A stretch of DNA of 64,000 nucleotides, taken from NCBI GenBank assembly GCA_000004985.1, contig GG738849.1; one strand, given 5' to 3'. Positions 1 through 9,138 of the stretch are shown piece by piece. The stretch comes from Naegleria gruberi (taxonomy: Eukaryota). The position numbers were made by a program, and so were the translations under genes. The notes under the pieces were generated by a model that had not been told where the DNA came from, made no database searches, and worked only from the letters and a program-made list of their open reading frames with translations. Within the stretch, counting starts at the first letter, position 1, and each line of letters opens with the position of its first letter.

Positions 1-183
1 TTATCTACCATTTATATGGTTGGTGATAATTTACTTTCCGATATCAAAGGAGCCAATCAAGCAGGAGGTGTCTGGAGATCAGTTCTAGTAAAAACTGGAC
101 TTTACAAGGGTGAATTAGATCATCAAAATCCAGCTCACTACATTACACCAGATGTTTTTACTTTTGTTATGGAACATTCATAA
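1..183 (+). CDS. 3' end (C-terminal ~60 aa) of a HAD-superfamily hydrolase (CECR5/HDHD5-like), truncated by the window edge
   Basis: Frame 1 reads ...IYMVGDNLLSDIKGANQAGGVWRSVLVKTGLYKGELDHQNPAHYITPDVFTFVMEHS* ending at TAA 181-183. The motif 'VGD..SDI.GAN..GW.S.LV.TG' matches the C-terminal HAD motif III of the CECR5/YKR070W family. Confidence 0.45.
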   Translation, partial: LSTIYMVGDNLLSDIKGANQAGGVWRSVLVKTGLYKGELDHQNPAHYITPDVFTFVMEHS

Positions 184-329
184 TCTGGAAACTGTTGAAA
201 TTATCCTCACTATTTTACCTTCTCAATCCACTAAGGTCAACTTGTGTAAACAATTTTAAATATTTCTCTCTCCATGTTCAACAAAGTTTTAAAAATAAAT
301 TTTCCGTTAAAAAATTATTTAAAAAAAAA

Positions 330-1856
330 ATGAAACGACAACTCGAAGATCCGATCCACTCGGAAAAGAAACAAAAATCAAATGATCACGGAAAGGATGT
401 TATTAAAATGTTAGGATATACCAATGATGAAAATCCCTTCAATGATAGCAATTTATCGGAAAAATTTGTATGGACAAAACAAGAAGACAATTCATCATCA
501 TTAACCGAAAATAAAAGGAAGGAAATTTTGTTATTAAAACAACAAAGATTGGAGAGAGAAATGGAAAAGAGAAGATGGGAAATGGAAAGAGAAAGAGTTT
601 TCAGAGAAAGAGAAGCTGAAAGATTTGATGAATATGAAAAGAAGGAATCTGAATTTCACTTGAAACAAGAAAATTTAGCATCGTTTATTAGATTGAGAGA
701 AAGAAGAGCAAAATTAATTGATTTTGTTACTAATAACTTGAAATATTTGAGATTTAAGGATAAATTACTTGGTGATGACTATGACAGCCATTTGATTTTA
801 AGCAGTGAACATGAAAGAATTTATGGAGTTGAGTATAAAAAGCCATATGAAGTATTTCATGATAGAAAATTGCAAGATTTATTAGATTCTCAAGAAGATT
901 TGGAAACAATGATTGAATGTGATATTGACTATCAAGATTTCTGGAGAGCACTTTCTGTAATTGTCAAGGATGAAATTAATCTTGCAAAGGAATATGAAAA
1001 GAAAAAGGTAGGAAAGGAAGAAGAAAGAACTAAAGATATTCATGCTTCAGTTGTGGCTGAAATTAAAGAATTGCTATCTGATAAGAATTTGGATGAATTA
1101 TTAGAAATGGAACAATTAATTAATGAAACATTAGATAATAGAGATGCTTCAACAGATGTTGAATATTGGGAAGGTTTGAAAAAGTACCTCCAAATTTACA
1201 AAGCTAGGAACATTGTCTCACAAATTCATCAGGAAGCAATCAAAGTTTATGAACAAATGAAAAAGAATGGTACAACTGATAGAATTTTCACTCAACACAA
1301 TACTCCTTCATCTTACAAGGATAATGCTACTCAACAAAAGAAGGATCATAACTCAATATCAGGAGGAGCATCCAATGAAGATGATAGATTAATGCGAGAA
1401 TACAAAAATAAGGAAACAGAGGAAGGTGATGAAGATACAGTGGAAGAAGTCAAACTAGTCAACCAACAATATGCATGGAATGATAAGTATAGACCAAGAA
1501 AACCTAAATTCTTCAATCGTGTAAGAACAGGATATGAATGGACAAATTACAATAGAACTCACTATGATTTTGAAAATCCTCCTCCAAAAGTCATTCAAGG
1601 TTACAAATTCAACATTTTCTATCCAGATTTAATTGACAGAAGTATCACACCATCCTATGCTTTAGAAAGAGATCCAAATAATGATGAATTCTCCATTCTT
1701 ACATTCCATTCTGGTCCACCTTATGAGGATATTTCATTTAGAATTGTAAATAGAGAGTGGGAAAAGTCTCACAGAAGAGGTTATAGATGTGTTTTCGAGA
1801 GGGGTGTTCTTCAACTGCACTTTAAATTTAAGAAATTAAAATTCCAAAAAGATTAA
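330..1856 (+). CDS. Cactin (spliceosome-associated protein), single exon
   Basis: The C-terminus (WNDKYRPRKPKFFNRVRTGYEWTNYNRTHYDFENPPPKVIQGYKFNIFYPDLID...FRIVNREWEKSHRRGYRCVFERGVLQLHFKFKK) is a near-perfect Cactin C-terminal domain. ATG at 330 is preceded by A10. Track ORF 195 starts only 12 nt after the upstream stop, so 330 is preferred. Confidence 0.85.
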   Translation: MKRQLEDPIHSEKKQKSNDHGKDVIKMLGYTNDENPFNDSNLSEKFVWTKQEDNSSSLTENKRKEILLLKQQRLEREMEKRRWEMERERVFREREAERFDEYEKKESEFHLKQENLASFIRLRERRAKLIDFVTNNLKYLRFKDKLLGDDYDSHLILSSEHERIYGVEYKKPYEVFHDRKLQDLLDSQEDLETMIECDIDYQDFWRALSVIVKDEINLAKEYEKKKVGKEEERTKDIHASVVAEIKELLSDKNLDELLEMEQLINETLDNRDASTDVEYWEGLKKYLQIYKARNIVSQIHQEAIKVYEQMKKNGTTDRIFTQHNTPSSYKDNATQQKKDHNSISGGASNEDDRLMREYKNKETEEGDEDTVEEVKLVNQQYAWNDKYRPRKPKFFNRVRTGYEWTNYNRTHYDFENPPPKVIQGYKFNIFYPDLIDRSITPSYALERDPNNDEFSILTFHSGPPYEDISFRIVNREWEKSHRRGYRCVFERGVLQLHFKFKKLKFQKD

Positions 1857-2055
1857 AGATAATATTATATTGCCTTAAACCTTCCCTTACATATTACTTA
1901 CACTAATCAATTTAGCAGAATCTAATCAAAATAAAAGAATATTCAGCCGTATTTAGAAAAGAAGTTTTAGAAAGTTGACCTCTAATTTAACAACTGCAAA
2001 TTTTACAGAATAACAACTTTATCAAATACAATCACTTTGCAGCTTTTTTGTAGCA

Positions 2056-3273
2056 TTATTCATCAGTCATTCTGTACAATGCTTCATCCAACAAATCAAT
2101 GCCCAATGTTGAAATAAATTTGAACAACCAACTTTGACCGTCATCATCAATATTTACAAAATCTTGTCCAATCCATTCTTTCTTAAATGTTGAAATAGCT
2201 TGTTCTCTATTTGATGACCCTTTTTGTTCATTCCCATCAGTTTCGTCTTGTTCAGATTCTTCATCATTCTCCTCTTCCTCATCACCTTCATTCCCATCAC
2301 CTTGTTTCATTAAGATGAGTTTTGTTTGGCTTTTTGGATCTTCCAAGTCACTAGCTTGATCACTGTGTAATCTAGATACAGAAATAGAAATACCTTTTTC
2401 ATGAGTTTCACCACCATAGGAAACACTATAGTCAATATCAATCCTCATAGAAAAAGGAATGAGTGCAGTGTAATAATCCAATGTAAAGTGAATAGTTGAT
2501 ATTGTATTGTTAGTATCTCCATCATCAGTTACACTAATATAGGTCAACTTGTGATCTACAGATGTAATGTGAAATCTTGAATAAAGGGATGGTGCAATAA
2601 GAGTAGTATCAGCATAACTACAATCCTGATGGGTAGTTAAAAAGAAAGTTCTCACAGGTCCAATTCTTGAATGTTTGTCAAAACTTGCATGTTTTAACAA
2701 ACAAAATTCCTTCATAAATTGATACGAGTGCTCTTTAATCATCTCCTTGCCACTCTTTGTAAATATAGTTGGTTTTGTTGTAAAACGAGTAATTCTATTA
2801 ATTTCCACAACAATTATATCATTGGTATCGAATTGTGTTGGCCATTTAGTCCAATTTTTAAAACTTTCCAATGTCATATCCCACAATCTACAAAACAATT
2901 CTTGCCACATTCTTTCCTCATCAATCATACCTTTATACCAAGGACGACAAACCAAAAACACTGATCCATTCAATACACTTTCCAAATCCATAAATGGAAC
3001 AATCGAATAGGCAACAATTTCTGGTGGTAACGATTTGATTAAAGAAGGTAAACGCGCCATTTCATATTTTCTCTTCTTTCTTTCCGCCCATACCATCACC
3101 AAATCACAAAAGTCATCATAACTTTGAACTTTCTCATTCTTTTGATAATTTTCATAGCACTCTATCATGTGGGCATCTAGTTGTTCAATTTTATTCTCTT
3201 GCTCCTCTTGTAAATTTGCTGATGATGATTTATTGGATGGTGCTTCATGGGTGGCTTTTCTCTTTGGTGCCAT
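2056..3273 (-). CDS. F-box domain protein (C-terminal region of unknown function, acidic tail)
   Basis: N-terminal LPSLIKSLPPEIVAYSIVPFMDLESVLNGSVFLVCRPWY matches the F-box consensus (LP.EI...I...L....L......VC+.W). Real ATG start. No recognisable C-terminal domain. Confidence 0.5.
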   Translation of the reverse strand: MAPKRKATHEAPSNKSSSANLQEEQENKIEQLDAHMIECYENYQKNEKVQSYDDFCDLVMVWAERKKRKYEMARLPSLIKSLPPEIVAYSIVPFMDLESVLNGSVFLVCRPWYKGMIDEERMWQELFCRLWDMTLESFKNWTKWPTQFDTNDIIVVEINRITRFTTKPTIFTKSGKEMIKEHSYQFMKEFCLLKHASFDKHSRIGPVRTFFLTTHQDCSYADTTLIAPSLYSRFHITSVDHKLTYISVTDDGDTNNTISTIHFTLDYYTALIPFSMRIDIDYSVSYGGETHEKGISISVSRLHSDQASDLEDPKSQTKLILMKQGDGNEGDEEEENDEESEQDETDGNEQKGSSNREQAISTFKKEWIGQDFVNIDDDGQSWLFKFISTLGIDLLDEALYRMTDE

Positions 3274-3377
3274 TTTTTTTGATGAAGTTTTGCGAATATT
3301 CGTACTACGTTCTTGTACTTTTATTGTAATGAAGGTAGAGTTTGAAGTTTTTTTCGACTGTTTTTTGGAATAATTTA

Positions 3378-4493
3378 CTAATGATGTTCATGATTACAAC
3401 AAGAATGTTCATGATGGTCGTGTGTACAGTTTTCAGAGTGTTCATGTTGACAAGCTTCAGAATGTTCATGCTGATGTTCGTGTTGTTGACAATTTTCAGA
3501 GTGTTCATGATGATGCTCATGTTGACAACACTCACCATGCTCATGATGATGATGATGTTCGTGGTGTTCGTGTTCATGGTGATGATCATGTTGACAACAG
3601 TGGTGATGACCTTGTTCTTGCATTTCCTTAATTGCTTCTTGAATTTGTCTTCTCATTTCAGTTGATCTAGCCCAAATGATCAAATTAACTCGTTCTCCCT
3701 TAGTAAGAGGTAAAGCACCATGCATTAATGCTCCATCATGCATCACAGCTCTCCCAACAACATGTTGATATTCAAAGTATTGATTATAAGTCTTTGGATT
3801 ATCTCTGTGACCTCTGAAGAATAAATTTCCACCTTCAAATCCTGGTTTTCCCAAACAAACATTTAATGTGAGTTCGGCATCATCGACGTGAACATTTAAA
3901 TCCTTATCACCACCAATAAAGTATTCTACAAAGAAGGTATGATGATCATCCAAATCAAATCCAGCTGGATTCATAATCTTGGCCAATGGACACAAATATT
4001 CCACAATAAATACATCAAAGAATTTTCCCAATCCAATTTCATCAATGACAATACCATAGTTATTCATTGAATTTGGTCTCAATTTAACATGATGATTCTT
4101 TTCATAATTATTCTTTTCTTCAATCATTTTCTGAGAAAATTCTGGAGTGAAAATTTCCAAGCTATAAACCTGAGGAACTTCTTCAGTCAGAATGGTCAAG
4201 AGAATTTCTCTCTTTTTCTGATTAAACTCCTTTTTAATAGTATTAAAAGCTTCCTCACTTTCAGCCTTCTCCAATAAATCAAAATAATAATGTAATTCCT
4301 TGGCATCTTTACAAGCCTTGGCAAAGGTCGGATTTAAAAACTTTTCATCAAACTCGAATAAATCTTTGTGTAATCTATTATATTCCTTATTTACAAATGT
4401 GAGAGTATCTCTCTCCGAGGAAGAAGATGATGGTGAAGAACCATTGTTATTGGCTTCTTCCTCTGGTGTGGTGTTACTTGGTTCGTTGCTCAT
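3378..4493 (-). CDS. 2-oxoglutarate/Fe(II)-dependent oxygenase (prolyl-4-hydroxylase-like, PKHD/OGFOD-type) with a C-terminal His/Cys/Glu-rich tail
   Basis: HVD (His-x-Asp) ... MHDGALMHG (second His) ... GERVNLIIWARS (Arg-x-Ser) spaced as in the P4Hc/2OG-Fe(II) oxygenase fold. C-terminal ~75 aa: HHHCCQHDHHHEHEHHEHHHHHEHGECCQHEHHHEHSENCQ... ATG is preceded by an A-run. Confidence 0.6.
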   Translation of the reverse strand: MSNEPSNTTPEEEANNNGSSPSSSSSERDTLTFVNKEYNRLHKDLFEFDEKFLNPTFAKACKDAKELHYYFDLLEKAESEEAFNTIKKEFNQKKREILLTILTEEVPQVYSLEIFTPEFSQKMIEEKNNYEKNHHVKLRPNSMNNYGIVIDEIGLGKFFDVFIVEYLCPLAKIMNPAGFDLDDHHTFFVEYFIGGDKDLNVHVDDAELTLNVCLGKPGFEGGNLFFRGHRDNPKTYNQYFEYQHVVGRAVMHDGALMHGALPLTKGERVNLIIWARSTEMRRQIQEAIKEMQEQGHHHCCQHDHHHEHEHHEHHHHHEHGECCQHEHHHEHSENCQQHEHQHEHSEACQHEHSENCTHDHHEHSCCNHEHH

Positions 4494-4866
4494 TTTTTTT
4501 TGTTTGTTTTTTGTTGCTAAAATTGATTTTGTTCAAATCTTAAATTGACCAAAACATAAATTGACTCGATTTAGAGAAACTTTGTAATGAGTTCAATCCA
4601 GACATTGAGACACTATCCATGAACCAGTTTGCACTTTATTTCCTAAACCTTACTGTTCATTCTTTAGAGAAAAAAGTTGATTGTAAACTCTAGTTCCCAA
4701 TTAATACTACTTTCCCAATTTATAAATCAAAGGACATGCTCTAGTAACACAATTACCATTATTTGGCATCAACTTTCACACACAATATTATCATAATCCC
4801 AAACAAACCCCTCAAAAAATCTCTCAAACTCTCTCTATTGTATTCTTCGTTGCGTTTTATTTTACA

Positions 4867-6599
4867 ATGAAAAAAATGAATCGATTGGTTGTTGGGCGGG
4901 AGCTCGTTCTCCTCGTCTTGTTTTTCGTTTGTTGTTGTCTAGCCTTCGCAAATGCTGCTTCGAACAAGATTCTCGAAGGAAAGACTTCCAATGATGTTGC
5001 ACAATTTAATATTAACTTGGTTGGAAATGGAGCACCATTAAATCATTTTTGGAAAAGATCGGTCGGTAGTTGTCATGCTACTTTTTGTTTGAGAGCAGAT
5101 TGGAGAGAACAATTGAAATTGGCTCAAAAGGAATTGGGATTCACAGGTATTAGATTCCAGTAAGTTTGTTTATTAGTTGAACATAGTGTGTGAGAGAAGA
5201 ATTTGTGTATTTTTGCTTATAATTCGTTTACAATTTTGTTAATATTTTACAATAGTGGTATTTTCAATGATGATATGAGTGTTGTTTTGCAAAGTAGACA
5301 TGATCCTAATGTTCTTCAATATTCATTCTTTAATGTGGATCAATGTTATGATTTCCTTGTTGGTGAATTGAAGATGAAACCAATTATTGAATTGAGTTTC
5401 ATGCCAGAATTGATTGCCAGTGATCCTTCAAAGACTATTTTCCATTACAAGGGTGGTATTTCACCTCCAAAGTCAATGAAAATGTGGAATGATTTGATTT
5501 ATTATTTCGTTACCCATTTAATTGAAAGATATGGATTGGATGAAGTTGCTAGTTGGCATTTTGAAGTTTGGAATGAACCAAATTTGAGAAATACTTTCTG
5601 GACTGGTACTCAACAAGATTATTTCAATCTTTATAATAATACTGCTCATACTATTAAGGGAATTAGTAATAGACTTAGAGTTGGTGGACCAGCAACTGCA
5701 GGATCTGGATGGATTCAAGATTTTGTCAATTATGCCAAGTCTAATAATGTTCCTTATGATTTTGTTTCAACTCACGAATATCCAACTGATATTGAACCTT
5801 TGGCAACTGACACTTTGATTAAAGTTGCCAAGCAAACAAAGAATATTGTTGGACCAAATACTCCATTGCTCTATACTGAATGGAATTCTGGATTGAATAA
5901 TATTGGAAGTGGAACTTATTTCTATCAAGATTCTTCTTATCCAGCTGCTCTCGTTCCAAGAACACTCTTTTCTATTAATGGAGTTGTTGAAGTTTACAGT
6001 TATTGGACTTTTACTGACTTGTTTGAAGAACATGGGTTTGTATTTTTCAATTTTTAATTTTCATAATTTTCCATTTTAATGTTTAATAATTATTTTAATA
6101 TTTTCTTTTTAGTCAATACCCAGAGGTTTTCCAAGAAAACTTTGGCATGATGTCAATCTATGGTGTCAGAAAACCAGTTTGGAGAGCATTCGAATTAATG
6201 GCTAAAGCTGGTAATGAACTTTTCAATTCTACTACCACCTCTACTTCAACTGTCAATGTCTTTGCAACCCTCAACAAGCAAGCAAAGGAAATCATGATCT
6301 TTGCTTCAAATTATCAAGTTCCAACTCAAAAAGCTGAAGCTTTCCTTGTATCTATCAATGTTGACAGCCTTTCCAATACTTTGAGCAATTGCAAGACTCA
6401 TATTATTGATGAAACTAGATCCAATGCCTTCACTAAATGGAAGCAAATTGGCTCACCAACCTACCCAACTCAAAGTCAATTGAAGGAACTCCATACTGCT
6501 TCAACTTTGTTCACTCAAAATATTGAACCAAAGAACGGTAGTACTTTTGTTATTCAAATGGAAAATCCATCATTGCATGTTATTGTGTGTAATGTTTAA
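4867..6599 (+). CDS. Secreted GH39-family glycoside hydrolase (alpha-L-iduronidase/beta-xylosidase-like), 3 exons
   Basis: Signal peptide MKKMNRLVVGRELVLLVLFFVCCCLAFA. Catalytic motifs SWHFEVWNEPN (acid/base) and LLYTEWNSG (nucleophile) as in IDUA/GH39. Exons ~4867-5159, 5256-6035, 6113-6599. Introns 96 nt (GTAAGT..TAG) and 77 nt (GTTTGT..TAG) keep the frame; total 1560 nt = 520 codons. Confidence 0.7.
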
Positions 6600-6694
6600 A
6601 ATAAACATTATTTATTGAATGAAATGTACACATTGTAAAAGAATTATATTGAATCATAATATTCTTTAATATGGTTTATTAATTAGCCCATTAA

Positions 6695-8764
6695 TTATTC
6701 CAAAACAGGAACCATAGAAAATCTTTCCAAATGTTTGAACCTTTGACCTATATATTCCATGTACATTTTAGCCATTTGGTTTTCCAATTCAACTAGAATT
6801 TCTTTGGCTGTATTTGTGGAATCACTGAATGCCTTGATGGATCTATAATAAACCTTGACCTTGGTTATATTCTTACATTCTGATAATAATTTCTTTAGAG
6901 GAGTCTTTTCCTTCTTGCAATAAATTTTGAATTTCATCTTCCAAGCGTTCAAATCTCTGGCATATTCCATACTTTCCTTCTGGAAAAATTCTACAGTTGG
7001 CTTGTAACCCTTTGGTCTCCAGTTCAATAAGGATTCATGAATATAGAGAACTCTTAAACTCTTAGTTTGTGACAATACCTTTAAAAAGTCAAATCTTTCG
7101 AATACATTGTAATTAGCCTTATATAAAACTAGTTTGCCAAGGGATGAAATTGGAAGTAGTTTTTCTGCACCTCCAGCCAGCATGAAATCACCCTTGAGAG
7201 ATTGTATTTTCTTGTTAACAATTTGCTTTAAAAATGTTTCTCTATCAAATGCTATTGAAAGAGTGGAAGATGGATTTGGTTGAACTCTAACATATTTGAC
7301 TGAACTATTCAAATCATTAAGGTATGGAACACCAACACCTACAGAAGGACTGTAAATGTAAGCATTACCAGAAGAATCATTTCCAGGTATTACTTTTGGA
7401 TATGCTCTGATGGTCAAATAAATTACAACTGATCTCAAACTTGGGAAATCACGTAATAACATGGCCAGAGAGGCAGGAGAGTGAAAACCTCCTCTAATGT
7501 CCATGTGCTTTAAATTGGGTAAATATTTTTTGATCAACTTCATAGTCTCTTCTAAACACTCGGTTGGGCTGTCAACTACAAAAGTTAGCTTTTTCAAATA
7601 ATTAAAATATGAAAAGAATTGGAAAATCCTTTCTCTTCTTAATGGATTTTGTGGAACATTTGGAACTCTCTTCTCGAAATATCCTAAGGAATTAATGAGT
7701 GATCTGAAAGTTTGGGCAAGATGATTACTTTTCATAGTATTGAATAAATTAAACTTAGTTTGTCTAATCTCTGGTAGTTTTTCTAAAAAGGTATTTGTGT
7801 CAACCTTTTCTCCAGCATTAAAAACTTCCTTATCTCCATCCTTAAACATAATTTCAATAATAGTATTTTGTAAATGTTCTAAATATTGTGTTAGTGTGAA
7901 TAGTTCAACATTCTCCTTATCTTCAATAACTGCTTTCCTAGAGTCAAGAAATTTACCACCATCATATTCTCTTGTTTCAAACCTAGACAAAAATCCCTCT
8001 TTCAAAGATTCACTAACAACAATTTCGTGAGATGTAAATGCTTCCCACATTTGCAGTAGTATTTCTAAATTATTTTCTCTTAACACTATTTTTTGCATAT
8101 CAATTGAAATCAGTTGCTCTCTTCCACAAGGATCATAGAGTCTTTTCATTAGTAATTCTCTAATGAATCTTAGTGTACAGAGTGTAGATCCTCCACAAAA
8201 CTTTTCCTTCTTATATCCATTTGAGAAGACCACCTTGTGTAGTTTAGTAAAGGCTACTCTCAAGAAAAGATCATCCACCAACCTCTTTCTAAAGAAGTAT
8301 TGAAAGTAAAAATCATCCACACAATTTTCAAGTTCTACTGTACAAACTTTAACATTCGGATACAACATGACCAATCTATTTGTTATTGGATAGTTGCAAT
8401 CATACAATGTAGAACTATATTGATAATATTTGCATTTTCCGAAGACTTGATTAAAAATTAGTTCCGAAATATTAGCAACTTTTGATGTATCAAAGCGAGA
8501 AAGTATCAATTTCTTTGAATGTCCATCCAATTTAATACATCCCAATTTTTTCTTCACTCCCATAGCATAGGATTCAACAATTTTAATTTCCAAATAGGCT
8601 TGAAAATTAAATATATGCTGAATAATTTCCTTCGGAAGATCCGAAAACGTTCTATTACTTAGTAAGCAATTTGTATTTTTGTTTTTTCCACTATTGCCTG
8701 ATGTATTACTACTAGCATTTGATCGATTAGAATTTCCCTTGTTGTTTTTTCTTGCTTTTTTCAT
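6695..8764 (-). CDS. Hypothetical 689-aa protein, possible F-box-like N-terminus with leucine-rich body
   Basis: Single ORF with real ATG after an A-run. SDLPKEIIQHIFNF resembles an F-box start. No confident domain assignment. Confidence 0.35.
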   Translation of the reverse strand: MKKARKNNKGNSNRSNASSNTSGNSGKNKNTNCLLSNRTFSDLPKEIIQHIFNFQAYLEIKIVESYAMGVKKKLGCIKLDGHSKKLILSRFDTSKVANISELIFNQVFGKCKYYQYSSTLYDCNYPITNRLVMLYPNVKVCTVELENCVDDFYFQYFFRKRLVDDLFLRVAFTKLHKVVFSNGYKKEKFCGGSTLCTLRFIRELLMKRLYDPCGREQLISIDMQKIVLRENNLEILLQMWEAFTSHEIVVSESLKEGFLSRFETREYDGGKFLDSRKAVIEDKENVELFTLTQYLEHLQNTIIEIMFKDGDKEVFNAGEKVDTNTFLEKLPEIRQTKFNLFNTMKSNHLAQTFRSLINSLGYFEKRVPNVPQNPLRRERIFQFFSYFNYLKKLTFVVDSPTECLEETMKLIKKYLPNLKHMDIRGGFHSPASLAMLLRDFPSLRSVVIYLTIRAYPKVIPGNDSSGNAYIYSPSVGVGVPYLNDLNSSVKYVRVQPNPSSTLSIAFDRETFLKQIVNKKIQSLKGDFMLAGGAEKLLPISSLGKLVLYKANYNVFERFDFLKVLSQTKSLRVLYIHESLLNWRPKGYKPTVEFFQKESMEYARDLNAWKMKFKIYCKKEKTPLKKLLSECKNITKVKVYYRSIKAFSDSTNTAKEILVELENQMAKMYMEYIGQRFKHLERFSMVPVLE

Positions 8765-9138
8765 TTTTTTTATTAAAAAATTTAAAAATTAAATATCGGA
8801 GCTGATGAAAACCTTATTATTATCGGTTATTAACTTGAACATACTGAATGTACTATTAAAATATATAATTTTATATTTATTATTATTCTTTTTGAATTAA
8901 ATAAATTTTTAATGATTTTTTCATCGTGATGAGTTTCGCACTTTAAAACCGTTCATCAAATTTCTGATTTGGCAAAGAAAACATTCCGATTGGTGAATTG
9001 GTACTCAATAGACTTATATAACAATTTTGTTGCAATTTCCTTTAATTCCATTGTCCACTCGATGTCTCAATTTTGCTAACAACAAAATCTTCCAGAGCAA
9101 AGCAGAAATTTTCAATTTGATTACAAAATTAAAAAAAA

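Noticed and set aside
195-329. Track start of the cactin ORF at 195 (MKLSSLFYLL...)
   Set aside because: It begins 12 nt after the upstream gene's stop and has no A-run. The ATG at 330, preceded by A10 and opening MKRQLEDP, is the plausible start.
3305-3665. Highly periodic DNA (gttcatg/atgatg repeats) and overlapping + and − strand ORFs. Could it be a CRISPR-like or tandem repeat array?
   Set aside because: It is the antisense and alternate-frame image of the His/Glu/Cys-rich coding tail of the 2OG oxygenase. The periodicity is codon-level (CAT/GAA/CAC), with no spacer/repeat architecture.
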